64,000 nt of DNA, from contig CM026547.1 in assembly GCA_014905635.1 (NCBI GenBank), positions 1,984,001 through 2,048,000 of the forward strand, in the 5' to 3' direction. The position numbers and the translations under genes are program-made. This document shows positions 22,701-33,925 of this stretch, one piece after another (position 1 is the stretch's first letter; each line of letters opens with the position of its first letter). Origin of the DNA: Scenedesmus sp. PABB004. Its lineage: Eukaryota. Under the pieces are notes generated by a model that ran no database searches, was not told the origin of the DNA, and saw nothing but the letters and a program-made list of their open reading frames with translations.

Positions 22701-25700
22701 GGCCCCGCACCGCGGCGCGCGCCGCCGGCGGTGCCCGGCGGGGCTGCGCGCGGCACGGTGCTGCGCGGCAGCGGGGGCCTTCCTCTGCACGTGGGGGACC
22801 GCGCGGACGCGTGCCGGGCGCGCCCGGCGGAGCGGCGGCGCGCGGCGCGGGCCCGCGCGAGGGCGGCGCGGCGGCCCCGCACCGCGGCGCGCGCCGCCGG
22901 CGGTGCCCGGCGGGGCTGCGCGCGGCACGGTGCTGCGCGGCAGCGGGGGCCTTCCTCTGCACGTGGGGGACCGCGCGGACGCGTGCCGGGCGCGCCCGGC
23001 GGAGCGGCGGCGCGCGGCGCGGGCCCGCGCGAGGGCGGCGCGGCGGCCCCGCACCGCGGCGCGCGCCGCCGGCGGTGCCCGGCGGGGCTGCGCGCGGCAC
23101 GGTGCTGCGCGGCAGCGGGGGCCTTCCTCTGCACGTGGGGGACCGCGCGGACGCGTGCCGGGCGCGCCCGGCGGAGCGGCGGCGCGCGGCGCGGGCCCGC
23201 GCGAGGGCGGCGCGGCGGCCCCGCACCGCGGCGCGCGCCGCCGGCGGTGCCCGGCGGGGCTGCGCGCGGCACGGTGCTGCGCGGCAGCGGGCGCCTTCCT
23301 CTGCACGTGGGGGACCGCGCGGACGCGTGCCGGGCGCGCCCGGCGGAGCGGCGGCGCGCGGCGCGGGCCCGCGCGAGGGCGGCGCGGCGGCCCCGCACCG
23401 CGGCGCGCGCCGCCGGCGGTGCCCGGCGGGGCTGCGCGCGGCACGGTGCTGCGCGGCAGCGGCGGCCTTCCTCTGCACGTGGGGGACCGCGCGGACGCGT
23501 GCCGGGCGCGCCCGGCGGAGCGGCGGCGCGCGGCGCGGGCCCGCGCGAGGGCGGCGCGGCGGCCCCGCACCGCGGCGCGCGCCGCCGGCGGTGCCCGGCG
23601 GGGCTGCGCGCGGCACGGTGCTGCGCGGCAGCGGCGGCCTTCCTCTGCACGTGGGGGACCGCGCGGACGCGTGCCGGGCGCGCCCGGCGGAGCGGCGGCG
23701 CGCGGCGCGGGCCCGCGCGAGGGCGGCGCGGCGGCCCCGCACCGCGGCGCGCGCCGCCGGCGGTGCCCGGCGGGGCTGCGCGCGGCACGGTGCTGCGCGG
23801 CAGCGGCGGCCTTCCTCTGCACGTGGGGGACCGCGCGGACGCGTGCCGGGCGCGCCCGGCGGAGCGGCGGCGCGCGGCGCGGGCCCGCGCGAGGGCGGCG
23901 CGGCGGCCCCGCACCGCGGCGCGCGCCGCCGGCGGTGCCCGGCGGGGCTGCGCGCGGCACGGTGCTGCGCGGCAGCGGCGGCCTTCCTCTGCACGTGGGG
24001 GACCGCGCGGACGCGTGCCGGGCGCGCCCGGCGGAGCGGCGGCGCGCGGCGCGGGCCCGCGCGAGGGCGGCGCGGCGGCCCCGCACCGCGGCGCGCGCCG
24101 CCGGCGGTGCCCGGCGGGGCTGCGCGCGGCACGGTGCTGCGCGGCAGCGGGGGCCCTTCCTCTGCACGTGGGGGACCGCGCGGACGCGTGCCGGGCGCGC
24201 CCGGCGGAGCGGCGGCGCGCGGCGCGGGCCCGCGCGAGGGCGGCGCGGCGGCCCCGCACCGCGGCGCGCGCCGCCGGCGGTGCCCGGCGGGGCTGCGCGC
24301 GGCACGGTGCTGCGCGGCAGCGGGGGCCTTCCTCTGCACGTGGGGGACCGCGCGGACGCGTGCCGGGCGCGCCCGGCGGAGCGGCGGCGCGCGGCGCGGG
24401 CCCGCGCGAGGGCGGCGCGGCGGCCCCGCACCGCGGCGCGCGCCGCCGGCGGTGCCCGGCGGGGCTGCGCGCGGCACGGTGCTGCGCGGCAGCGGGGCCT
24501 TCCTCTGCACGTGGGGGACCGCGCGGACGCGTGCCGGGCGCGCCCGGCGGAGCGGCGGCGCGCGGCGCGGGCCCGCGCGAGGGCGGCGCGGCGGCCCCGC
24601 ACCGCGGCGCGCGCCGCCGGCGGTGCCCGGCGGGGCTGCGCGCGGCACGGTGCTGCGCGGCAGCGGCGGCCTTCCTCTGCACGTGGGGGACCGCGCGGAC
24701 GCGTGCCGGGCGCGCCCGGCGGAGCGGCGGCGCGCGGCGCGGGCCCGCGCGAGGGCGGCGCGGCGGCCCCGCACCGCGGCGCGCGCCGCCGGCGGTGCCC
24801 GGCGGGGCTGCGCGCGGCACGGTGCTGCGCGGCAGCGGGGGCCTTCCTCTGCACGTGGGGGACCGCGCGGACGCGTGCCGGGCGCGCCCGGCGGAGCGGC
24901 GGCGCGCGGCGCGGGCCCGCGCGAGGGCGGCGCGGCGGCCCCGCACCGCGGCGCGCGCCGCCGGCGGTGCCCGGCGGGGCTGCGCGCGGCACGGTGCTGC
25001 GCGGCAGCGGGGGCCTTCCTCTGCACGTGGGGGACCGCGCGGACGCGTGCCGGGCGCGCCCGGCGGAGCGGCGGCGCGCGGCGCGGGCCCGCGCGAGGGC
25101 GGCGCGGCGGCCCCGCACCGCGGCGCGCGCCGCCGGCGGTGCCCGGCGGGGCTGCGCGCGGCACGGTGCTGCGCGGCAGCGGCGGCCTTCCTCTGCACGT
25201 GGGGGACCGCGCGGACGCGTGCCGGGCGCGCCCGGCGGAGCGGCGGCGCGCGGCGCGGGCCCGCGCGAGGGCGGCGCGGCGGCCCCGCACCGCGGCGCGC
25301 GCCGCCGGCGGTGCCCGGCGGGGCTGCGCGCGGCACGGTGCTGCGCGGCAGCGGCGGCCTTCCTCTGCACGTGGGGGACCGCGCGGACGCGTGCCGGGCG
25401 CGCCCGGCGGAGCGGCGGCGCGCGGCGCGGGCCCGCGCGAGGGCGGCGCGGCGGCCCCGCACCGCGGCGCGCGCCGCCGGCGGTGCCCGGCGGGGCTGCG
25501 CGCGGCACGGTGCTGCGCGGCAGCGGGGGCCTTCCTCTGCACGTGGGGGACCGCGCGGACGCGTGCCGGGCGCGCCCGGCGGAGCGGCGGCGCGCGGCGC
25601 GGGCCCGCGCGAGGGCGGCGCGGCGGCCCCGCACCGCGGCGCGCGCCGCCGGCGGTGCCCGGCGGGGCTGCGCGCGGCACGGTGCTGCGCGGCAGCGGGG

Positions 25701-28271
25701 GCCTTCCTCTGCACGTGGGGGACCGCGCGGACGCGTGCCGGGCGCGCCCGGCGGAGCGGCGGCGCGCGGCGCGGGCCCGCGCGAGGGCGGCGCGGCGGCC
25801 CCGCACCGCGGCGCGCGCCGCCGGCGGTGCCCGGCGGGGCTGCGCGCGGCACGGTGCTGCGCGGCAGCGGGGGCCTTCCTCTGCACGTGGGGGACCGCGC
25901 GGACGCGTGCCGGGCGCGCCCGGCGGAGCGGCGGCGCGCGGCGCGGGCCCGCGCGAGGGCGGCGCGGCGGCCCCGCACCGCGGCGCGCGCGCGCCGGCGG
26001 TGCCCGGCGGGGCTGCGCGCGGCACGGTGCTGCGCGGCAGCGGGGGCCTTCCTCTGCACGTGGGGGACCGCGCGGACGCGTGCCGGGCGCGCCCGGCGGA
26101 GCGGCGGCGCGCGGCGCGGGCCCGCGCGAGGGCGGCGCGGCGGCCCCGCACCGCGGCGCGCGCCGCCGGCGGTGCCCGGCGGGGCTGCGCGCGGCACGGT
26201 GCTGCGCGGCAGCGGCGGCCTTCCTCTGCACGTGGGGGACCGCGCGGACGCGTGCCGGGCGCGCCCGGCGGAGCGGCGGCGCGCGGCGCGGGCCCGCGCG
26301 AGGGCGGCGCGGCGGCCCCGCACCGCGGCGCGCGCCGCCGGCGGTGCCCGGCGGGGCTGCGCGCGGCACGGTGCTGCGCGGCAGCGGCGGCCTTCCTCTG
26401 CACGTGGGGGACCGCGCGGACGCGTGCCGGGCGCGCCCGGCGGAGCGGCGGCGCGCGGCGCGGGCCCGCGCGAGGGCGGCGCGGCGGCCCCGCACCGCGG
26501 CGCGCGCCGCCGGCGGTGCCCGGCGGGGCTGCGCGCGGCACGGTGCTGCGCGGCAGCGGGGGCCTTCCTCTGCACGTGGGGGACCGCGCGGACGCGTGCC
26601 GGGCGCGCCCGGCGGAGCGGCGGCGCGCGGCGCGGGCCCGCGCGAGGGCGGCGCGGCGGCCCCGCACCGCGGCGCGCGCCGCCGGCGGTGCCCGGCGGGG
26701 CTGCGCGCGGCACGGTGCTGCGCGGCAGCGGCGGCCTTCCTCTGCACGTGGGGGACCGCGCGGACGCGTGCCGGGCGCGCCCGGCGGAGCGGCGGCGCGC
26801 GGCGCGGGCCCGCGCGAGGGCGGCGCGGCGGCCCCGCACCGCGGCGCGCGCCGCCGGCGGTGCCCGGCGGGGCTGCGCGCGGCACGTGCTGCTGCGGCGG
26901 CAGCGGCGGCCTTCCTCTGCACGTGGGGGACCGCGCGGACGCGTGCCGGGCGCGCCCGGCGGAGCGGCGGCGCGCGGCGCGGGCCCGCGCGAGGGCGGCG
27001 CGGCGGCCCCGCACCGCGGCGCGCGCCGCCGGCGGTGCCCGGCGGGGCTGCGCGCGGCACGGTGCTGCGCGGCAGCGGGGGCCTTCCTCTGCACGTGGGG
27101 GACCGCGCGGACGCGTGCCGGGCGCGCCCGGCGGAGCGGCGGCGCGCGGCGCGGGCCCGCGCGAGGGCGGCGCGGCGGCCCCGCACCGCGGCGCGCGCCG
27201 CCGGCGGTGCCCGGCGGGGCTGCGCGCGGCACGGTGCTGCGCGGCAGCGGCGGCCTTCCTCTGCACGTGGGGGACCGCGCGGACGCGTGCCGGGCGCGCC
27301 CGGCGGAGCGGCGGCGCGCGGCGCGGGCCCGCGCGAGGGCGGCGCGGCGGCCCCGCACCGCGGCGCGCGCCGCCGGCGGTGCCCGGCGGGGCTGCGCGCG
27401 GCACGGTGCTGCGCGGCAGCGGCGGCCTTCCTCTGCACGTGGGGGACCGCGCGGACGCGTGCCGGGCGCGCCCGGCGGAGCGGCGGCGCGCGGCGCGGGC
27501 CCGCGCGAGGGCGGCGCGGCGGCCCCGCACCGTGGCGCGCGCCGCCGGCGGTGCCCGGCGGGGCTGCGCGCGGCACGGTGCTGCGCGGCAGCGGGGGCCT
27601 TCCTCTGCACGTGGGGGACCGCGCGGACGCGTGCCGGGCGCGCCCGGCGGAGCGGCGGCGGCGGCGCGGCGCGGGCCCGCGCGAGGGCGGCGCGGCGGCC
27701 CCGCACCGCGGCGCGCGCCGCCGGCGGTGCCCGGCGGGGCTGCGCGCGGCACGGTGCTGCGCGGCAGCGGGGGCCTTCCTCTGCACGTGGGGGACCGCGC
27801 GGACGCGTGCCGGGCGCGCCCGGCGGAGCGGCGGCGCGCGGCGCGGGCCCGCGCGAGGGCGGCGCGGCGGCCCCGCACCGCGGCGCGCGCCGCCGGCGGT
27901 GCCCGGCGGGGCTGCGCGCGGCACGGTGCTGCGCGGCAGCGGGGGCCTTCCTCTGCACGTGGGGGACCGCGCGGACGCGTGCCGGGCGCGCCCGGCGGAG
28001 CGGCGGCGCGCGGCGCGGGCCCGCGCGAGGGCGGCGCGGCGGCCCCGCACCGCGGCGCGCGCCGCCGGCGGTGCCCGGCGGGCTGCGCGCGGCGCACGGT
28101 GCTGCGCGGCAGCGGGGGCCTTCCTCTGCACGTGGGGGACCGCGCGGACGCGTGCCGGGCGCGCCCGGCGGAGCGGCGGCGCGCGGCGCGGGCCCGCGCG
28201 AGGGCGGCGCGGCGGCCCCGCACCGCGGCGCGCGCCGCCGGCGGTGCCCGGCGGGGCTGCGCGCGGCACGG
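19777..28271 (+). repeat. 172-bp satellite array, right segment (~49 uninterrupted, highly homogeneous monomers)
   Basis: TCTGCACG at 19861, 20033 and 20205 gives period 172. Same orientation and phase as the left segment across the copia TSD. Confidence 0.98.
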
Positions 28272-28634
28272 TTTTTTTTTTTTTTTTTTTTTTTACAATG
28301 GGTTTTTTTTTTTTTTTTTTTTTTTTTTGTTACAATGGGTGACCAAACAAGGACCGAGGCCCAGGGGCAGCCCACTGAAAAAAACTCCAACGGGAAGAGC
28401 GCAGCAACCCCTCGTGAAAAACCGCGCCCCGGCGCCCCCCGAGAGGGGGCACCCACATCACCCAACGGCACAGCCAGAGGCCAACGCCCAACGGGCGCCC
28501 AAGGAGACCAGGTGATGCCCCGCAATCAAAGGGGCAGCAGCAGATCAGGCCGCACACCCCCCTTCCGGTGCGGCGAGCCGCACCGGGCATCGGTGCAGCG
28601 AGGTGCACCGGCTCCAAGCCTCCGCGCAGAGATC
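28272..28634 (-). mobile_element. Stacked LINE family A 3' ends (poly(T)-ACAATGGG remnant plus a ~330-bp truncated copy)
   Basis: Two poly(T) tracts separated by ACAATGGG, then the family A 3'UTR up to GAGATC. Confidence 0.9.
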
Positions 28635-29189
28635 TTTTTTATTTTTTTTATTTTTTTTTATTTTTTTGTTACAATGGGTGACCAGACAAGGACCGAGGCC
28701 CAGGGGCAGCCCATTGAAAAAAAGCTCCAACGGGAAGAGCGCAGCAACCCCTCGTGAAAAACCGCGCCCCGGCGCCCCCCGAGAGGGGGCACACACATCA
28801 CCCAACGGCACAGCCAGAGGCCAACGCCCAACGGGCGCCCAAGGAGACCAGGTGATGCCCCGCAATCAAAGGGGCAGCAGCAGATCAGGCCGCACACCCC
28901 CCTTCCGGTGCGGCGAGCCGCACCGGGCATCGGTGCAGCGAGGTGCACCGGCTCCAAGCCTCCCCGCAGAGATCACGCGCAAACGCCATCCACGCCGGCG
29001 GCGGCAGGGGCCGGCCTCAGCGGCATCAGCCCCCGCGCCGCGCGACGACCGACACGCAGACACCAGCCCGCGGCACGGGCGGACACCGCCCAACCTTGCA
29101 CGCTGCAGAAGAGGCGCGACACGCAGCCAGCCGGGGTCGCAGCAAGCCCGGCCGCGGACCCCCCCGGCCCTGCAGCTAGCCGCCGCGCT

Positions 29190-29220
<31 letters not shown>

Positions 29221-32200
29221 GGGGTCCTGCGCCGCCGGCGGGGCCAGCGCCGGCGCCGCCGGCAGCGCCGGCACGCCGCTGCGGTGAGCCGGAACTCCAT
29301 TGTGAAGCGGCCCCCGTGCTGGCCCGTGCGCGCGATGACCCCTCGGTGGCACCACCGGCGTTCGAAATCTGCCCGAGTGAGCTCCTTGCCGGAGCCCGAC
29401 AGCCAGGGGCGCGGCACGCCCGCCAGCGCGCGCACGTCCATCGCTGCCTTGCGCCAGTCCAGCACGACTGCGTCGCGCACCGAGTACACAAAGATGCGAA
29501 TCGCCGCCACAGGCGCGTGCCCGGGCTGGCCGCCGCCGTGCCGCGCGCTCGCGGCGAGCAGGGCGCGCAGCAGCAGCAGGCGGAGGTGCGTCCAGAGCTG
29601 CTGCAGCTCCGGCGCGACGCCCGACCTGGCAAAGTCGTCCGCCAGCATCACCCTGGGCGGGGGCGGCGCGCGCGGAAGCCCGGCTGCAGCCGCGCCCAGA
29701 GGTGAGCAAACCACTGCAGCACCGCCGCCGCCACGGGGCATCCGCCGAGGACGTGGCGAGCGTCTCCAGCGGCGGCTGCTGCTGCGCGCGGCAGAGCGGG
29801 TGCGGGCACGCCAGCTCCGCCAGCTCCGGCGCCGCGCGCTGGTAAGAGAAGACCCTGTCGCCGCTGACGCGCACCCCGCCGTGCAGCAGGCTCCAGCCAA
29901 AGTGTCGCAGGGCGCGCGGCATGCGCGCCTGCTGCGCGCGCGCGTAGCAGGCGGCCCAGGCGGGCGGCTCCGCGCGCTCGCCGGCGCGCGGCGGCGCAGT
30001 CGCACCAGTGAGCGGGTCGACGAGGTCGTTGGCCGCCGGCTCCTGAACCAGGGTCCTGCGCTGCTCCAGCTGCTGCTCCCGCCGCTGCTCATGCTCCTCG
30101 CGCCGCGCCGCGGCGGCAGCGGCCGCCGCCGGCCCGACGCGCTCCATGACGTGGCGCCGCGGGGGCGAGACTTTCTGCCACGCCGGCAGCCCAGGCTCCG
30201 GGTCTGGCGTCTCGGCTCGCTGCCGCTCCGCCCAGCTGCGCTTCTGGCCCGCCTCCCGCCGCGCGATGGCGCTGGCCGGGCATGCCTGGCCGTAGCCGGC
30301 GCGCCAGAGGCCCGGCACGCAGCCAACGCCGGGCGTCCAGCCCCCTGCCGGCGTGACCTCGCGCGCGCAGCGCAGCTGCAGCAGCCGCAGGGTCGCGCCG
30401 CGCACCGTAAACTGCATGACCGTGGCCGCGTGCCCGAGCCCCCACACGGAGGGGTCGACGCGGACGTCAGGCCAGAAGCCCACGAGGAACCATCGCCGCG
30501 CCCTGCTGTGCAGCTCCGGCTGCTCCGCCGGCGCCGCTGCCCCGGGCGCTCCGGCCGCCGCGCGCTGCGCGCCCGCCGCTGGCCGCGGCGCCTGCGCCGC
30601 GTCCACCACGCAGCAGTCCTCCCACCCCCCGCCGCGACTATCTCGGGCGGGGGCTCGGCGGTGCGGAGCCTGCTGTCAGGCCCCACCTCGAAGAAGCTCG
30701 CCGCTGCCGCGCCCAGCGCCCACCGCCGTACCCACCGCACGGCGGGCGGCGGCGGCGGCGGCTGCGGCGGCTGCTCCACCGGCAGCGCCGCCAGCGGCTG
30801 CTGGGGCTGCTGCACCACGCCGCCGCCGGCGACGGCGGCGCCGCGCTGGGCCGCAGCGCCTGCCAACCCGGCGCGCTCGGCCCGCTGCGCGCGAGCGCCT
30901 GCTGCCACTCACCCGGCATGACGACGCCGTCGGCGGCCGGCCGCCACGGCAGGCGCGGCGCCGCCTGCCCGAGGCTGTCGCTGCGCAGCTCCGCGGGCAG
31001 GTCCTCGAGCGACGCGATGCGCGCGCCGCCCAGGGCCGCGCCGACGCTGCAGTTGCCCACCAGGGCCTCCACCCTGATCTGCTCCACGGTCATGCTGCCG
31101 TGGGGGATCACCCGGTGCACGCCGAGAGCCGCAAACGCGCAGGCGATCGCGCCCCACCGCCACGGCAGCTGCGCCCGCAGCTCCAGCGCGGTGCCCTGCA
31201 CGAGGGCGGCGGTGCCCCGGCCAGGCAGCGCGCGCGCGAAGCGCGCCGCCGCGGGTGGCTTCCAGGCCGCCCCCACCGGGTGCAGCAGCCTGGCGGCCGT
31301 CTTGGCCAGCATTGCCGTGGTGAAGGCCGCGACGTCGACCTGCGCCTCGCCGCCCATGCTCGCGGGCAGGCACGCGATGGCCGCCCGCGGAACCTGCCTG
31401 ATAATGCGGTTGTCGCTCTCGCGGATGCACCAGTTGCCGACGATGTAGGCGGTGACGCGCCGCTGGATGAGGCGCAGGAGGTCGGCCGGCACCGGCACAA
31501 ACTGCGCGTGCCAGCCCACGCAGGCCGCGAGCACCTGGCGCGCAACGTGCCGGCGGCCCGGGCGCGTGAGCGCGTACCGCGACCAGTGCGCGATGCGGCA
31601 GGTGATGGTGCGCAGCCGCTCGCGGTAAAGCTGCGCCGCGTGCCGCCCGACGCCGGTGGCAGAGAGCAGCACGCCCAGGTGCCTGATCGGCGCCTGCTCT
31701 GTGTCCGGGAAGCACACGCCCGTGCTGCACTCGACCAGCTGCCCGCTGCCATCCGGCTGCAGCTGCAGCGCCGGGTGGTCGCCCAGCAGCATGCCCTTGC
31801 ACTTGGCCAGGTTGAGCTGCGCGCCGCTGGCCAGGCAGAACGGCGCGACGGCGCCGTCCAGCAGCCGCTTGGCGCTCTCCACTGACGCTGCGTGCAGGGT
31901 GGTGTCGTCTGCGTGCTGGTGGCAGCAGGGCGCCGGCCCTGCGCCGCCGGGCAGCTGCAGGCTGGCAAAACCGGGCTGCCGCTGCACGCGCCGGCACATG
32001 GCCGCCAGCGGCTGCGCCGCCAGCACATACAGCAGCGGGCTGAGCGGGCTGCCCTGCGCGCAGCCCGACGCCACGCTGAACTCGCGGCTGACATGGCCGC
32101 CGTTGAAGGCGACGCGCGCCCGCGTGCCTGCGAGCAGCAGGCGGACCCAGCGCGTGGTTGCGTCGGGCAGGCCCATGCGCGCGAGGCACCTGAACAGCCA

Positions 32201-33547
32201 GCCGCGGTCGAGGCGGTCGTAGGCCTTGGCAAAGTCGAGGAACAGCAGGCAGCCCGGCGCGCGCGTCTCGCGCGCGTGGTCGATCGCCTCCAGGTGCATG
32301 AGCACGTTGTCGGCGATGTCCCGGCCCGGCACAAACGCCGTCTGCGTGCAGTCGACGATGGAGCCGAGCGCGGGCGCGAGCCGCTGCACGATGGCCTTGG
32401 CTGCGATCTTGGTGTCTGTGTTGAGCAGCGTGATGGGGCGGTAGCTGCTGACCGCCTCGCGCGGCTGGCCGCCCTTGTGGATCAGCGTGATGAGCCCGAG
32501 CCGCTGCGTCGCCGCGAGCTGCGGCGCGCCGGCTGCCTGGTTGAGGTAGTGATAGTTGAAGGCTTGGACGAGCGGCTCGCCCAGCACCTCCCACAGGGCC
32601 GCGTAGGCCTCGCAGGTGAGGCCGTCGCTGCCCGGCGCCGCGCCGCGCGGTAGGCTGGCCAGCGCCGCCGTCGCCTCGGCGAACGTGAGCAGCCCCTCGG
32701 GGTCCTGCCCGCGGCAGGCCCGCTGCTCGGTTGCCGAGAGCTGCCGGTCCAGCGCGTCCAGCATGCAGTCCTGCTGTTGCTGGTCGGTCGGCCGGACGCC
32801 GAACATGCCGCCCGGCACGTCCGCGTCGAAGAAGTCGGCGATGATGCGGCCGCCCTCCTGGATGCCTGCCCTGGAGGTAAGCGGCACGGCGGGCTGGCCC
32901 GGGCGGGCGAGCGCGTGAATTGGCTGCGCGCCGCCCGGCGCGCGGCCCAGGCGGTGGAACCAGCGGCTGGGCCCCTCGCCGCACTCGTCCCATACCGCCT
33001 CCAGAGCGTCCGCCTGCTGCCGCCGCTGCGCCGCCTCCGCCGCGGCGAGCGCCCGCTCGCAGCTGGTGGAGCTCCTGCTGCTCCTGCTGCCGCATCTCCG
33101 CACGCAGCTCCGCCGCGATGCGCCGCACACTCTGTTTGAGCTGCTCAAACAGCTCGCCCGGGTCCAGCCCTGCGTCCCGCAGCTGCCGCGCGGCAGCTGC
33201 TACACGGTCGCGGAGCTCGGCCCGGCGGCTGGCGCAGGCGAGCAGGTCGTTGGGGAACGTCCAGCGTCGCCGCCCAGCCAGCGGCTGTCCCGGCCGCTGC
33301 AGGCTGACGCTGACCGGCCTGTGGTCGCTGTGGCACAGCGGGTGGTGCGCCGCACCGACCAGCCAGTGGTCGGCGAGCTCCTGCGCCACAAACCACGCGT
33401 CGATGCGGCCACCGTGCACCGCCCCGTCGCGCCGCTGGTAGTGCGTGGGCTGCGCGCGGAGCTGCGGCGCCACGCGCAGCAGCGCGTCGACGACGCCCGC
33501 CGCCGCGTTGGCGCGGGCGAGGTCCGCGCCGCCGTGGCATCTGCCAG
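28635..33547 (-). mobile_element. 4.9-kb L1-clade (Zepp-like) LINE family A copy, 5'-truncated within the APE endonuclease, with several frameshifts
   Basis: APE motifs GRIDAWF and HSDHRPV. RT motifs APGSDGL, YRPITLLNTDTKI, QTAFVPGRDIADN, FLDFAKAYDR, GCAQGSPLSPLLY, QHADDT, RHLGV. C-terminal CCHC-like motif, same 3'UTR and poly(A). Confidence 0.93.
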
Positions 33548-33601
33548 GCCCAACGGGCGCCCAAGGAGACCAGGTGATGCCCCGCAATCAAAGGGGCAGC
33601 A
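33548..33601 (-). mobile_element. 54-bp fragment of the LINE family A 3'UTR fused to the 5' end of the long copy
   Basis: GCCCAACGGGCGCCCAAGGAGACC...GGGGCAGCA matches ~28486-28539. Confidence 0.85.
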
Positions 33602-33925
33602 TAAAGATAAAGATAAAGATAGTTACACCACAGGCTCGCGCCCATTGGTCCCGCGCCCCTTAAGGACGGTGTCCCGCATCTTCCAGATGTCCATCACATA
33701 ATCTGCCACAGAGTGAACAGCAAGCTGATCCTGCAGCAGGTCACCAAGCAAATAACGCCGAGCCTGCTCCAGTGCTGCACACCGACTCGCCGCGCCGGTA
33801 ACGGCAGCCCGAGGGGCCGCCGCACCAGCAGAGACGCTGCTGACGCTGACCGCCGCGCTGACATCATCAGCCCGAGGGACCAATGGGCGCGAGCCTGTGG
33901 TGTAACTATCTTTATCTTTATCTTT
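33601..33925. mobile_element. Two LINE family B (RTEX-like) 3' fragments joined with tails pointing outward
   Basis: 33601-33878 (minus strand) matches 36646-36908. 33876-33925 (plus strand) is the inverted last ~50 bp. Both end TGTAACT(ATCTTT)n. Confidence 0.8.

Noticed and set aside
2619..28271. CRISPR-like array or programmable repeat-spacer system next to reverse transcriptases
   Set aside because: No unique spacers; monomers are contiguous and near-identical. The RTs are ordinary L1 and copia types, and no cas-like genes are present.
19777..28271. Satellite as a tandem exon-intron coding repeat (CAG| and |GT sites occur in the monomer)
   Set aside because: No flanking start or terminal exons, and the array tolerates many TE insertions and indels. 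Only RNA-seq could revive this idea.
19587..28757. ~2900-aa ORFs on both strands
   Set aside because: Same stop-free satellite artefact.
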